DNA of 64,000 bases from assembly GCA_963754875.1 (NCBI GenBank), contig CAVWHO010000022.1, positions 128,001 through 192,000 of the forward strand. Reading direction: 5' to 3'. Below are positions 1-10,191 of the stretch, piece by piece. Below the pieces are notes generated by a model. The model made no database searches. It was not told the origin of the DNA and worked only from the letters and a program-made list of their open reading frames with translations. Made by a program: the position numbers and the translations under genes. Origin of the DNA: Nitrospirota bacterium. Its GTDB lineage: Bacteria; Nitrospirota; UBA9217. How positions within the stretch are numbered: the stretch's first letter is position 1; each line of letters opens with the position of its first letter.

Positions 1-985
1 GAACCAGCTCCTTGCCGAGATGGACGGCTTCGACCCGCGTAAAGGCGTCATTATCATGGCCGCGACGAACCGGCCCGAGATTCTCGACCCGGCACTTCTC
101 CGACCCGGCCGCTTCGACCGGCACGTGCTCGTGGACCGGCCCAACATCAAGGACCGCGAGGATATCTTGAGGGTCCACATCAGGGGCGTCAAACTCTCGA
201 AGGATGTGGATATCTCCGTGCTTGCAGCGCGCACGCCCGGGTTCGTCGGCGCCGATCTGGCGAATATCGTAAACGAGGCCGCGCTCTTGGCAGCACGCAA
301 GAACAAGACCGAAGTGGACATGACCGACTTCGAAGCTGCCATCGACCGCATTGTCGCCGGGCTCGAAAAGAAGCGGCGCGTCATGAACAAGAAAGAAAAA
401 GAGACCGTGGCCTACCACGAGTGCGGCCACACCATCGTTGCCGAGCTGCTGCCCACGACGGACCCTGTCCATCGGGTCTCGATCGTCCAGCGCGGTATCG
501 CAGCGCTGGGCTATACTCTCCAGCTGCCTACGGAAGACCGGTATCTGATGACCAGGTCCGAACTCCTCGACAAGCTGTGTGTGATGCTCGGAGGCCGCGT
601 TGCCGAGGAGATCATCTTTCATGAGACCTCGACGGGCGCGCAAAACGACCTCCAGCGCGCCGCCGTCATCGCGCGCAGCATGGTGACCGAGTATGGAATG
701 ACCGAGAAGTTCGGTCCTCTTACGTTCGAAAAAGAACGGAGGCCCCTGTTCCTCGATATCGGCCTGCCGCAGGGCGCCAAGGAATACAGTGAAGATACGG
801 CACGCGAGATCGACCAGGAAGTCAAACGCTTGATCGATAATGCCTATCACAAAGTCCAGGCAATGTTGGGGGCCAACCAGGACAAGCTGACAAAACTGGC
901 AGCTGCACTGCTGGAAAAAGAAACCGTCGAAGGTGAAGAGATCAGAAAGATACTGGGACTCCCCGAAAAGAAGGGGCAGGCTTAG
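1..985 (+). CDS. ftsH: ATP-dependent zinc metalloprotease FtsH, C-terminal part (5' end outside window)
   Basis: AAA second region of homology (ATNRPEILDPALLRPGRFDR), HExxH zinc motif (AYHECGH), M41 peptidase motifs (LGGRVAEE, TGAQNDL). Confidence 0.97.
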   Translation, partial: NQLLAEMDGFDPRKGVIIMAATNRPEILDPALLRPGRFDRHVLVDRPNIKDREDILRVHIRGVKLSKDVDISVLAARTPGFVGADLANIVNEAALLAARKNKTEVDMTDFEAAIDRIVAGLEKKRRVMNKKEKETVAYHECGHTIVAELLPTTDPVHRVSIVQRGIAALGYTLQLPTEDRYLMTRSELLDKLCVMLGGRVAEEIIFHETSTGAQNDLQRAAVIARSMVTEYGMTEKFGPLTFEKERRPLFLDIGLPQGAKEYSEDTAREIDQEVKRLIDNAYHKVQAMLGANQDKLTKLAAALLEKETVEGEEIRKILGLPEKKGQA

Positions 986-1118
986 CATATCGCTTATGCT
1001 GAAATGAGCGGATTATCTCTGGCATCTCTGAGCGGCGCCAGCGCATCCGGTGAGTGGGCTCTTCCGTGGATTGCAATTGGCGTAGAACTTTGAGTTGGTG
1101 GTTTAAAACGAAACCGTT

Positions 1119-1796
1119 TCACTGCTTTTTTAAAAACACTACAAAGGCCCCGCTACCGCCAAGGTCACGCGGCGCCGGAGCAAATTCCGCAACCATTCTT
1201 TTCCCCCGATCCCTCAACCAAGCGGCAACAGCTCCCTGCAGTACCGGCCCTTCTGGAGAATTGAGCCCCTTTCCGGTTATCACGAGAACCGCCTGCTGAC
1301 CGAAGTTAAAAGCTTCTGAAATGAACCGTTCGAGCCGCTGGAGTGCCTCGTCTCGCAGAAATCCGTGCAGATCAAGCTCCTGGCTAATAGGAATTTTCCC
1401 CCGTTTCAACTGACGTAAACGGCTGCTCGCAGATCTACGCTCTGGTTCGAGGGTTTCCTGCTCTTGTTGACGAACATCCCTAAATGTAGTCCCGATTTTC
1501 TGCATTGCTGCCAGGAAAAGCTCGCTGTCCCGGAGTGCAGCTGCATTTCCCGGTGCTGCCCGTCCCTGAGTTGAGACGTTTCCCGTGCTTGAGGTTGCCT
1601 TGCTGTCCATTTTTCTGGCACCCGCAACTGCCTGAAGAAAGAGTTCGCTTTCGTCTTCTTTCGTTTCTTCTTTTTTGCGGCGTGGGGCTACTTTTTTTTC
1701 TGCCGACCGAGGTGGCGGGGAAAATCCTTTGAGGGATTTGAAAGGATTATTTTTAAAGTCAGCAGGCGCCTTGTCGCCGCCCTTTCTTTTTTTCAT
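1119..1796 (-). CDS. Smr/MutS2-domain protein
   Basis: C-terminal Smr domain (ELDLHG...VLVITGKG...GGSGAFVVFL); start taken at MKKRK (ATG 1796). Confidence 0.88.
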   Translation of the reverse strand: MKKRKGGDKAPADFKNNPFKSLKGFSPPPRSAEKKVAPRRKKEETKEDESELFLQAVAGARKMDSKATSSTGNVSTQGRAAPGNAAALRDSELFLAAMQKIGTTFRDVRQQEQETLEPERRSASSRLRQLKRGKIPISQELDLHGFLRDEALQRLERFISEAFNFGQQAVLVITGKGLNSPEGPVLQGAVAAWLRDRGKRMVAEFAPAPRDLGGSGAFVVFLKKQ

Positions 1797-2048
1797 AACG
1801 CCTATTTCTGACCCGGACAAGCCGGATCCGGCTAAGTTGGAGACAAAGTTATTGACACCGAGAGAAGCTGGAAAAACCATAAAGTATCATGCTTGTTCAT
1901 CATTTCTTTAGTATGATCCGAAACTATTTCTTTCTAACGTGTTTCTACTAAGAATTAAGTCGTTGACAGTTGACTTGCGGGCACGGACTTCGTCGGACCA
2001 GGCGACCGATGAACGAGGACACCAGGGAGAAACGGTTCATTGTAAAAA

Positions 2049-3281
2049 CTAATGGTCCGGATACCGCTCGGCGATACTTTGGATAGTATCAAGACAGGAA
2101 AAAAATGTCTCGACCATGTGCGGCTCGAAGTGCGTTCCCGAGGTGGCCTTAAGTTCGTCGAGGACTTGCGATTCTTCCCACCGCTCTTTGTACGCTCTAC
2201 GGGAACTGAGCGCGTCATACACGTCGGCAAGTGCGACGATCCGTCCGAACACGGGAATTTCATCACCTTTTTTGGGCCGCGGTATACCACCGCTCGTTTC
2301 GTAGCCGGGGATTACTTTTCCGTCAACGGCGTTCACATGGCCCGGATAACCGGTCCCATCCCATTTTTCATGATGATTCAGGGCGACGATAGCTGCTGCC
2401 TCATCGAATTCCGAGTATCGGTCGGAAAAAAGCTTCGCCCCCATAATGGTGTGCTGCTTCATGGCTTCCCGTTCCGCATCATCGAGCCGTCCCGGTTTCT
2501 TCAGGATTGCGTCGGAGATCGCCACCTTGCCTACATCATGGAGCATGGCCGCCATGCGCAGGATGTCTCGGTTCTTTTCGATCACGTCATGAGAGATGCC
2601 CTGCTTGCCCGCCCATGCTTCATAGATCGCAACGGTGAAGGCAGCGACCCGGTTCACGTGGGCGCCTGTCTCCTTGGGATCGCGCAGCTCTGCCATTTTG
2701 ATGGTCCGGAGAATCATAGTGCGGGTCATCTGCGCCCGTTCGATGGCGACAGCCGCCATATTTGCAAAGTGCATCACGAGAGGCTCGTCCTTTTTTGAAA
2801 AGGGAATCACTTTCTCGTGAATGTTATTTGCGTTGATCAACTGGAGCACGCCGATTGTGTCCCCCCGGTTTGTCTTGAGTGGAAAGGTCAGCATCGACTG
2901 GGTACGGTACCCCGAGAGATCGTCGTACGACTTATTAAACGAGAACGGCAGGCCGGCTTTGAGTTTATACACGTCGGGGATATTCATGGTTTCCCCGGTG
3001 TTCGCCACGTAACCCGCAATCGACTGGTTGTTGATCGGGACTGAAAAGGTGGAATAAATCAGCTTCTTGCCGGACGCAAGCTTTTTTCGCTGTGTTTCGT
3101 TTTGTGTGTAGCTGAATTTGAGCTTGTCGCCTTCCTTAATATATATCGAGCCGGCATCGGCACTTACCAGCTGTCTTGCCTCTCGAAGGATCCGTTCCAG
3201 GAGCACGTCGACGTCCTTGATTTCAGTGAGTTCGACGCCTAAACGCATGATCATGTTAAGTTTTTGTTTTTCGCTGGGCAT
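2049..3281 (-). CDS. GAF + HD-GYP domain phosphodiesterase (c-di-GMP type)
   Basis: N-terminal GAF (SIAGYVA...YRTQSMLTFPL), LHDVGK, HHEKWDGTGYP, ALADVYDAL. Confidence 0.9.
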   Translation of the reverse strand: MPSEKQKLNMIMRLGVELTEIKDVDVLLERILREARQLVSADAGSIYIKEGDKLKFSYTQNETQRKKLASGKKLIYSTFSVPINNQSIAGYVANTGETMNIPDVYKLKAGLPFSFNKSYDDLSGYRTQSMLTFPLKTNRGDTIGVLQLINANNIHEKVIPFSKKDEPLVMHFANMAAVAIERAQMTRTMILRTIKMAELRDPKETGAHVNRVAAFTVAIYEAWAGKQGISHDVIEKNRDILRMAAMLHDVGKVAISDAILKKPGRLDDAEREAMKQHTIMGAKLFSDRYSEFDEAAAIVALNHHEKWDGTGYPGHVNAVDGKVIPGYETSGGIPRPKKGDEIPVFGRIVALADVYDALSSRRAYKERWEESQVLDELKATSGTHFEPHMVETFFSCLDTIQSIAERYPDH

Positions 3282-3353
3282 GGTCTATTTTTACAATATC
3301 ATATGTCATTTGTCAATTGGCAATCGTCGTCCAGGTGTCTTACTATTTAACAA

Positions 3354-3382
3354 TTGACTCGTATGTACTTTTTTGATATAGT
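3354..3382 (+). promoter_or_regulatory. sigma70-type promoter upstream of dksA
   Basis: TTGACT-17 bp-TATAGT with TG extended -10. Confidence 0.6.
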
Positions 3383-3460
3383 ACTAACTTAAGTTTCGCC
3401 GGGCAGTATGAAATTTTCCTGTACCACAAGCCCGAAACATTGCATGATGAGGTTGTGATG

Positions 3461-3829
3461 ATGGTAGCGGACTCAAAATTGTTGGCAATTAGAAAAAAAC
3501 TTCTTAAGCAGCGGCAGGATCTTCTTTCCGAGGCCGAGCAGACACTGAACAGCAAGATAAGCACCGAAAAAGAAAGCTTTCCCGATCCCACGGACCAGGC
3601 CGTGGCTGAATTGGACAACAACTTCCTGTTGAAACTTCGCGGTCGGGAGCAGAAACTGCTGAAAAAAATCGACGAGGCCATTTCTCGGATTGATGGCGGC
3701 ACTTATGGAGTCTGTGAGGAATGCGGCGGCCAGATCAGTATCAAGCGGCTCGAAGCGCGGCCCGTTACTACGCTTTGTATAGAATGCAAGACACGTCAGG
3801 AAGAAGCAGAGAAGATGCAGGCTGGTTGA
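3461..3829 (+). CDS. dksA: RNA polymerase-binding protein DksA
   Basis: Coiled-coil tip DPTDQA and C4 zinc finger CEEC...RLEARP...LCIEC. Confidence 0.92.
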   Translation: MVADSKLLAIRKKLLKQRQDLLSEAEQTLNSKISTEKESFPDPTDQAVAELDNNFLLKLRGREQKLLKKIDEAISRIDGGTYGVCEECGGQISIKRLEARPVTTLCIECKTRQEEAEKMQAG

Positions 3830-3864
3830 CCGGCGTGGCATTGCGAATGAATGGTCATACCAAT

Positions 3865-3899
3865 AAAAAGGGGTTAACCGACAAGGTTAACCCCTTTTT
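3865..3899. terminator. Bidirectional intrinsic terminator after dksA (copy 1 of a duplicated hairpin)
   Basis: AAAAAGGGGTTAACC-GACAA-GGTTAACCCCTTTTT. Confidence 0.8.
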
Positions 3900-4168
3900 A
3901 TTTCTACAAATTGCAAGGTTGATCTTTCAGCTATATCATGTGAAGTACAGGTTCTGAGAGTTGAAGTAATACTCCTTTCTTACTTAATGAAATGTAGATC
4001 AATCGTTATGCAGATAATTGACAATAATAAAACGTCTGTAGAATGTTAGAAGATTAAGGCAGCTTTCCAGCGAGAATCAATGCACGCCGCGATCCTATTC
4101 TAGGAAGTTGTTTTCCCGTCTGCTGTTGGGAGCGTTGTAATAATTCAATCTGCACTACTAGCGGAGGC

Positions 4169-4282
4169 TTAGAACCGCTCAGCCTTTTCATCTGCTTGCT
4201 TGGCAATCCCTAAGCAAGACATCAGAAACACCATAAAAACGCAACCGAAGGATACCAGTATTGTCCAAATAGTCCAGCTCAT
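4169..4282 (-). CDS. 37-aa single-pass membrane peptide (MSWTIWTILVSFGCVFMVFLMSCLGIAKQADEKAERF), not in the ORF track
   Basis: Strong Shine-Dalgarno AGAGGAGGT a few nt upstream of the ATG; hydrophobic helix followed by a charged tail. Confidence 0.65.
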   Translation of the reverse strand: MSWTIWTILVSFGCVFMVFLMSCLGIAKQADEKAERF

Positions 4283-4398
4283 CACTAACACCTCCTCTGT
4301 ATTTGTCGATAACAGATTGCGAGTGCCCCTTTGAGATTACCTTGTGAACCGTCATAGCGATGGTTCCATAAGCTGAAATTTAGTAACAGTCATTTTAA

Positions 4399-4416
4399 TT
4401 GCAAATTTATTGCCAG
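4399..4416 (-). promoter_or_regulatory. sigma54 (-24/-12) promoter upstream of the small peptide gene
   Basis: Minus strand CTGGCAATAAATTTGCAA has the GG-N10-GC spacing. Confidence 0.6.
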
Positions 4417-4680
4417 CAATAATTCTTTGTAAATTAAATAGTTACTAATATGAAATTCAATACCTTGTCGGAATATGGACAGTTTTTTTGCTTTTAAAAC
4501 GGTCATTGACGAAAACCTCTTGAAACAACATAAGATTTCTCGTGTAGTAATTTCGACTGGTGTAGCGCAGGTGTCAATTTCAGAACGATTGAAAGGATTT
4601 TTTTGGATATTAACGAAGATACTGGTCTCGGCAGGTTCGGGCTTTTGCTATGCTGAAAGGACTTTTGAAAATACTGTACG

Positions 4681-4716
4681 AAAAAGGGGGTTAACCGATA
4701 AGGTTAACCCCCCTTT
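4681..4716. terminator. Intrinsic terminator downstream of tRNA-Val (copy 2 of the duplicated hairpin)
   Basis: AAAAAGGGGGTTAACC-GATAA-GGTTAACCCCCCTTT. Confidence 0.8.
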
Positions 4717-4726
4717 ATTATTTGCA

Positions 4727-4801
4727 TGGTGGGCGATGCTGGGATTGAACCAGCGACCCCTGCCGTGTGAAGGCAGTGCTCTCCCGCTGAGCTAATCGCC
4801 C
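4727..4801 (-). tRNA. tRNA-Val (anticodon CAC)
   Basis: Reverse complement GGGCGATTAGCTCAGCGGGAGAGCACTGCCTTCACACGGCAGGGGTCGCTGGTTCAATCCCAGCATCGCCCACCA folds as a cloverleaf, has a TTC T-loop and an encoded CCA. Confidence 0.97.
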
Positions 4802-5011
4802 GAAGCGTTTACTTTTTAACACAGGGGGCGCTTATTAGTCAAGCTAATTCTTGAAATCTGTTATCAACCACAGGGCTCAGCACGTTCGTGACACATGGAT
4901 GAAATCCGTTTTGTATTATTTTATGAAATGCTTCTATATTAGAGGTTGTCGCTTTGCCGTGTGCGCCGGGGCGACTGTGGTTAACCTGGATATCAAATTC
5001 TTTACCTACGG

Positions 5012-6175
5012 TCAGTCTACTTTCAGTATCGCGCACTTGAGATACTGCGTCTCCTTAGCCGCGAGAAGCATAGGATGGTCCCGGGCCTGGGAGCGCATCT
5101 CCAGCAGCCGCGCCTGCCTGCCAGCCGAGTACGCCGCGTCAATCAGCATCTCCCGAAATAATTCCTGGTCGATATGATGTGAGCACGAGCAGGTTACAAG
5201 CGCGCCTCCCGGCTCAAGCAGTTTCATTGCACGGAGATTGATGTCTTTATAACCTTTGAGGGCCTCCCGCACCTTGGATCTGTTTTTCACGAACGCCGGG
5301 GGGTCGAGAACGATGCAGCCGAACCGTTCTCCTTGTTTTTCCAGAAGGCGGAGCTCATCGAACACGTCGGCAGTCTTAAACTGTGCGGACAAGCCGTTCA
5401 ACGCGGCGTTGTCTCTTGCCAGGGAGACAGCCTTCTCCGAAGAATCAAGACCGATGACTTCGGAAGCACCGAATTTCGCTGCCGCAAGCGACCACGCGCC
5501 CGCGTAGCAAAAGCAATCGAGTGTTCGCCTTCCGCGAACATAGTCCTTGAGAGCAAGGCGGTTCTCGCGTTGGTCAAAGAAGAACCCCGTCTTCTGTCCC
5601 TCCAGAACATCGACCCGATAAGTAATGCCTGACTCTTCGATCGTCACCGGATTGGCAAGAGATCCGACAATGATGCGCTTTTCTTGAGAAAGTCCTTCAA
5701 GCTCCCGCGAACCCACATCATTTCTGAGCACAATTGCCGTAGGAAAATATTCTTCATTCAGCGCCGCAATAACTTCGTGCAAAAGCCTGTCGATGCCGGC
5801 TGTCGACGACTGGACCACGAGCGTATCGGCGTACTTGTCCACAATCAGGCCTGGAAGGCCGTCACCTTCGCTGAACACGGCGCGATAGGATTCGCCGAAT
5901 CCGAGATCCTTTCTGAGGTTATGTGCAGCCGAAATCTTGCCTTTGAGAAATGCGAGGCCAATCTCTTCCTGCTTCCGCGTGAGGATTCGCACGGCAATGA
6001 GGGAACGTGGATTAATGTAGCCCCGACCGACGAATCGGCCGGAAACATCCTGCACGTCGACGATCTCGCCCGGTTCGAATGTGGCCGACATTCGTCCAAG
6101 CTCGTTGCTGAACACCCAGGGGTGCCCGCGGAGAATGCGGCGGTCTTCTTTTTGCTTGAGTTTTATCGTTTTCAT
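5012..6175 (-). CDS. rlmI: RlmI/YccW-type class I SAM-dependent 23S rRNA m5C methyltransferase
   Basis: PUA-like N-terminus (GHPWVFSNE), GQKTGFFFDQRENR, DPPAF, LVTCSCS; start taken at MKTIKL. Confidence 0.85.
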   Translation of the reverse strand: MKTIKLKQKEDRRILRGHPWVFSNELGRMSATFEPGEIVDVQDVSGRFVGRGYINPRSLIAVRILTRKQEEIGLAFLKGKISAAHNLRKDLGFGESYRAVFSEGDGLPGLIVDKYADTLVVQSSTAGIDRLLHEVIAALNEEYFPTAIVLRNDVGSRELEGLSQEKRIIVGSLANPVTIEESGITYRVDVLEGQKTGFFFDQRENRLALKDYVRGRRTLDCFCYAGAWSLAAAKFGASEVIGLDSSEKAVSLARDNAALNGLSAQFKTADVFDELRLLEKQGERFGCIVLDPPAFVKNRSKVREALKGYKDINLRAMKLLEPGGALVTCSCSHHIDQELFREMLIDAAYSAGRQARLLEMRSQARDHPMLLAAKETQYLKCAILKVD

Positions 6176-6285
6176 GCGGGGTGCGACGCAGAATGGAGAA
6201 GGCGGGGATGGCGGCAAGTCAAAGAAAAAGGGCATCGCTCATAGCTTTGCCCTCGGTGCTCTGCTCCCTGCACTTTGCTCTCTGC

Positions 6286-7224
6286 TTACAATCTGTTTTC
6301 GATGTTCGAATCGCTCCTGAGAGACTGCAGCCAACTCCGGTACGTGTTCTCCACCTTCTGCTGGTAGAGCATGTTCATGATCTCGTCTTTGACTTTTTCG
6401 TAGGATTTGACCGGCGTACGCTCGTCTTCCAGCTTGATGATGTGATAGCCGCCGGCGCACAGAAAGGGGCTTGAGACGTCGCCCGGCTTGAGCGGTTTAG
6501 CGGCGGCTTCCATCTCGGGGAGGAGGGAGTCACGCTCCGTGAACCCCAGGTCCCCGTCCTGTGAAGCGGTCGCTCCTTGAGAAAATTCGCGGACGAGGCT
6601 GGTGAAATCCTCCCCGTGTTTGGCGCGAGTAAAAACCTGCTGCGCCTTTTCTTTGACTTCCGCAGTCTCTTGGGTAGACGCTTTGTCCGGGACCGAGAAA
6701 AATATTTGTTGCAGCCGGATCTCTTCGGGAAGCGAATATAGTTTGATGTTTCGGTTGAAGTAGGCGCGGACCTCGGCCTCATCAACGGTGATGCCGGCCC
6801 GTATGTACTTGTTGAACATGCGCGAGAGCGTCATCTGCTCCCGAAGCTCGATTTTGTACTGCTCAAGCGTAAGCCCGTCTTTTGCCAACGCAGCGTCGAA
6901 CTGTTTTGAATCAAAGGAGTTCCGCTTCATGATGTCGGCGATGGCGTCGGCAAGCTCTTTATCGGTCACGTCCAAGCCGGCCCGCTTCGCAGCGGCCATC
7001 TGAAGCTTCCTGTCGATCATGTCTTCAAGGAGTGTCCGGTCGTCCTCCTTGCCTCCGGTCTTTCTCAAGGCAGCTTCCCGCTGGAGATCGCTCAGCGTAA
7101 TGATCTCGTTGTTCACGACCGCTACCACGCGGTCAACGACGACCAGCGCGCTTGCGGTGTTCTGCATGCTGCACAAAAAGAAAATGCCGATCACGGTTAT
7201 GAAAGAAAGTCTGATGTTTCGCAT
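6286..7224 (-). CDS. SurA-like periplasmic chaperone / parvulin PPIase
   Basis: Signal peptide, VDRVVAVVNNEIIT SurA N-domain, rotamase motifs (DGDLG, GYHIIKL). Confidence 0.88.
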   Translation of the reverse strand: MRNIRLSFITVIGIFFLCSMQNTASALVVVDRVVAVVNNEIITLSDLQREAALRKTGGKEDDRTLLEDMIDRKLQMAAAKRAGLDVTDKELADAIADIMKRNSFDSKQFDAALAKDGLTLEQYKIELREQMTLSRMFNKYIRAGITVDEAEVRAYFNRNIKLYSLPEEIRLQQIFFSVPDKASTQETAEVKEKAQQVFTRAKHGEDFTSLVREFSQGATASQDGDLGFTERDSLLPEMEAAAKPLKPGDVSSPFLCAGGYHIIKLEDERTPVKSYEKVKDEIMNMLYQQKVENTYRSWLQSLRSDSNIENRL

Positions 7225-7305
7225 GGTCCTGCTCCCTGCCTTGTACGACCTGCTTTTTTTATTGCCTTTTGGCGGCCGGTCTTTTATTATGATTCTCGAA
7301 CTGCT

Positions 7306-8481
7306 ATGAAAACACTCTTTACTGCTTTCTCCATTTTCCTTGCTCTAACAGCACCGGTTGTTGCTGCCGATCAGTTACCTCAGGACGAACTCACGATCGC
7401 TGCGGTTGGCGACTTGATGCTCGGCGGCAGGACCGAACCTTTTCTCAACGACTTCGGCCCCGGTTATCCTTTCGTTGAGGTGATGCCGGTCCTCGGGAAG
7501 GCCGACATAGTGGTCGGCAACCTCGAATCCCCGGTCTCAACGCGTGGGATTGCCGTGGAAAACAAGAAATTCACGCTCCGGGCGGGTCCGATCGCAGCCG
7601 CTGCACTTAAGCAAGCCGGCTTCCGGGTGGTCACGCTCGCGAACAACCATATGATGGACTTCGGCCCCCTGGCGCTTGAGGACACGCTTGCGAATCTGGG
7701 AGAAAACGGGATTCTCTCCGCCGGTGCCGGCATGGACCTTGTTGATGCCCGCACGCCGGCGATCGTAAAAATCAAGGGAAGGACCATTGCCTTTCTTGCC
7801 TACTCCCTCACGTTTCCGCTCGAATTTTTCGCCTCTGCCGGCAGGCCCGGCACCGCGCCGGGATATGCGGACTTCGTAAAGGCCGATATTGAGAAGATCC
7901 GGCCCCATGCCGACCTTGTTGTCGTTTCCTTCCATTGGGGCGCGGAGCTGTTGACCGCTGCCAAAGACTACCAGATCGAGCTTGGTCACCAAGCCATTGA
8001 TTGGGGCGCCGACCTTGTGCTCGGCTCTCACCCCCATGTACTCCAGGAACTCGAGGTGTACAAAGGCCGGCTCATTGCCTATAGTCTAGGAAACTTTGTT
8101 TTCGGATCCGAGAGCAACCGCACAAACTGCAGTATGATACTACTTTCAACCTTCAAGGGCAACACCCTCGTGAAGGTTGAGGCGGTGCCCCTGGACGTGA
8201 ACAACTACCGCGTAAAGTACCGCCCCCGTGTGCTCACCGGCGCGCCAGCCGCTGAAGTGCTCGGCAACATCAATGCCGCGTCGGAAAGGTTCAAAACAAG
8301 ACTCGAAATAGCGAATGACCGAGGCACTGCCTTGGTCACTCCGTTCCCCAAGGCCGGAGGATCTCTTGCCGTAGTTCAGCACGTGCCCGGTAGCGCTTCT
8401 GAGCCTTTTTCTCTCACGAAACTCACTGCTCCAGCGCCTGGTAATTCACTTCAAACTTCGTCCTCGACCTCAGTTCCTTAA
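7306..8481 (+). CDS. CapA/PgsA-family metallophosphatase-fold exported protein
   Basis: Signal peptide; VGDLM, GNLESP, LANNHMMDFG, FHWGAE, GSHPHV, YSLGNFVF motifs. Confidence 0.88.
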   Translation: MKTLFTAFSIFLALTAPVVAADQLPQDELTIAAVGDLMLGGRTEPFLNDFGPGYPFVEVMPVLGKADIVVGNLESPVSTRGIAVENKKFTLRAGPIAAAALKQAGFRVVTLANNHMMDFGPLALEDTLANLGENGILSAGAGMDLVDARTPAIVKIKGRTIAFLAYSLTFPLEFFASAGRPGTAPGYADFVKADIEKIRPHADLVVVSFHWGAELLTAAKDYQIELGHQAIDWGADLVLGSHPHVLQELEVYKGRLIAYSLGNFVFGSESNRTNCSMILLSTFKGNTLVKVEAVPLDVNNYRVKYRPRVLTGAPAAEVLGNINAASERFKTRLEIANDRGTALVTPFPKAGGSLAVVQHVPGSASEPFSLTKLTAPAPGNSLQTSSSTSVP

Positions 8482-9394
8482 GCCACTGCTTGTACCGAAT
8501 GTCTCCTTTTTCCCGGCGCAATTTTTCGGTTATTTCATTAGAGGCTTCTTCAAAGCTGATCCGGCCGGCTTTCCGCTTGTCTTCCAGCTTGAATATATGA
8601 AAACCATAGGGACTCTTTATGATATCACTTATCCCGTGCACTGGCAAACCGAAGACGACATTAAATTCCGCCGGCATGTCACCCATGGCAAAATAACCCA
8701 GATCTCCGCCCTTCTCAGCTTCCGGAGCAGTTGATTTTTCACGTGCCAACGCCGCAAAGTCCGCACCCGGCGCCTGGAGAAGCGCCATCACCTTTTTGGC
8801 TTCCGCCTCGCTCGCGACAACGATCTGTCGCACGCGAACCTGCTCGGGTTTCTCGAACTCCTGGGAGTTTGCCTGGTAGTAACGGCGCATTTCTGCCGGT
8901 GAAACGGTAATGCGCTTGTTCACATCGCGTGCAAGCAGCCGTTCGATCATCATATCTTCCCAGATATCGGACTTCCATTTCTCGAAATCGATGCCGAGGC
9001 TTGCAAGTTCTTCCTTAACATCTTTCCCATGCTCGGTGCGGAGCGCTGCGATTCTGGCATTGATCTCAGTAAGACCGACTTTAATCCGCTTTCGCTGGGC
9101 CTCGTTAAGCATCATTTTCCGTTCGATGAGGCGGTTCAGAAATTCTCGCCTGACTTCGAGCTCAGCCTCGTGCTCGGGCTTGATTCCCGCGCGGGCAAAG
9201 CGTTCCTGGAACTCGGCAAGTGTGATCGGATCACCGTTCACGGTCGCCACTATCCTCACGTTAGGAGAGACCGTGGAGGTGGGGGCGGAGGCAACGGGCG
9301 ATTTTTCCTCTTCCTTTTTCGTGCACGAAAAAAATAGAAGCCCCAGCAAAAGCGCTGGGGCTATGGTATAGAACTTCAGTCGGGAACTGTTCAT
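8423..9394 (-). CDS. PrsA/SurA-type parvulin PPIase lipoprotein
   Basis: Lipobox-like FFSC, VATVNGDPIT, GGDLGYF, SPYGFHIFKL. Confidence 0.88.
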   Translation of the reverse strand: MNSSRLKFYTIAPALLLGLLFFSCTKKEEEKSPVASAPTSTVSPNVRIVATVNGDPITLAEFQERFARAGIKPEHEAELEVRREFLNRLIERKMMLNEAQRKRIKVGLTEINARIAALRTEHGKDVKEELASLGIDFEKWKSDIWEDMMIERLLARDVNKRITVSPAEMRRYYQANSQEFEKPEQVRVRQIVVASEAEAKKVMALLQAPGADFAALAREKSTAPEAEKGGDLGYFAMGDMPAEFNVVFGLPVHGISDIIKSPYGFHIFKLEDKRKAGRISFEEASNEITEKLRREKGDIRYKQWLKELRSRTKFEVNYQALEQ

Positions 9395-9406
9395 AGTGAT
9401 CGAGTC

Positions 9407-10105
9407 TTACTTAGCAGCCTCATTTTTCGGGGCAGGCAGCACCTTCATGTTTGAAAGATCCAGCTCTTTGGGCTTGGCAAACGAGGCCATGGCCTCGTCA
9501 AGGGCTTTTTCATTCACGTCAATCTTGGCCTTGGCCCGGAGCGCTTTAGCATATTCGAGGTACAGTCCTCTCCGCTTCTCCTGCATCAGCCGTGTCTTCA
9601 GCTGCGGCTCTACTTCCTTGAGGCTCAGTGGTTTTCCCGCCGCATTGCGGATCTTATCTTTATTCTTGTCATAATAGTCGCGGACTTCCTGCGTCGTCGG
9701 CTCGGGCAACTTGCTCATTTTATCGCCGATCTCTTTTTTCAGGACCGCATTGAAAAGCTCGTTTTTGGCATCTTCTTGCATCCTGTGTTCGAGCTCTTTT
9801 CTCATCATATCCTGCCGCTTTTTAAATTCTGCGTCCTTGTCCAGCCCCTGCCGTTTCGCTTCCTGGATCACGAGTTCTATCCCGACCAGGTCATCGAGAA
9901 ACTCTCTCCGCGCCTTGGCATCGGTAGCCACAGCCTGCTGCATTTGCGGCGTCAGGTCTTCGAGCTGTTTTTTGAAATCCGCTGCAGTGATGGCGCCACG
10001 ATTCACCTTTGCGAGTACGGCGCTGTCCGGCCCCTTGCGGCAACCGATCACCGAAGCAGCGACGGTGAGCATCACAACAATTACCACCAATTTATACATC
10101 TTCAT
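9407..10105 (-). CDS. SurA_N/PrsA-like lipoprotein lacking a recognisable rotamase domain
   Basis: Lipobox VIGC, LAKVNRGAIT, helical chaperone domain only. Confidence 0.7.
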   Translation of the reverse strand: MKMYKLVVIVVMLTVAASVIGCRKGPDSAVLAKVNRGAITAADFKKQLEDLTPQMQQAVATDAKARREFLDDLVGIELVIQEAKRQGLDKDAEFKKRQDMMRKELEHRMQEDAKNELFNAVLKKEIGDKMSKLPEPTTQEVRDYYDKNKDKIRNAAGKPLSLKEVEPQLKTRLMQEKRRGLYLEYAKALRAKAKIDVNEKALDEAMASFAKPKELDLSNMKVLPAPKNEAAK

Positions 10106-10191
10106 GAAATAGGTTCCTCCGAAAGTATGGGTTTTTCTTTCTATTGTAAAAACTCAGGTATTATGCATGTACGACTGTTCTTTATAACATA

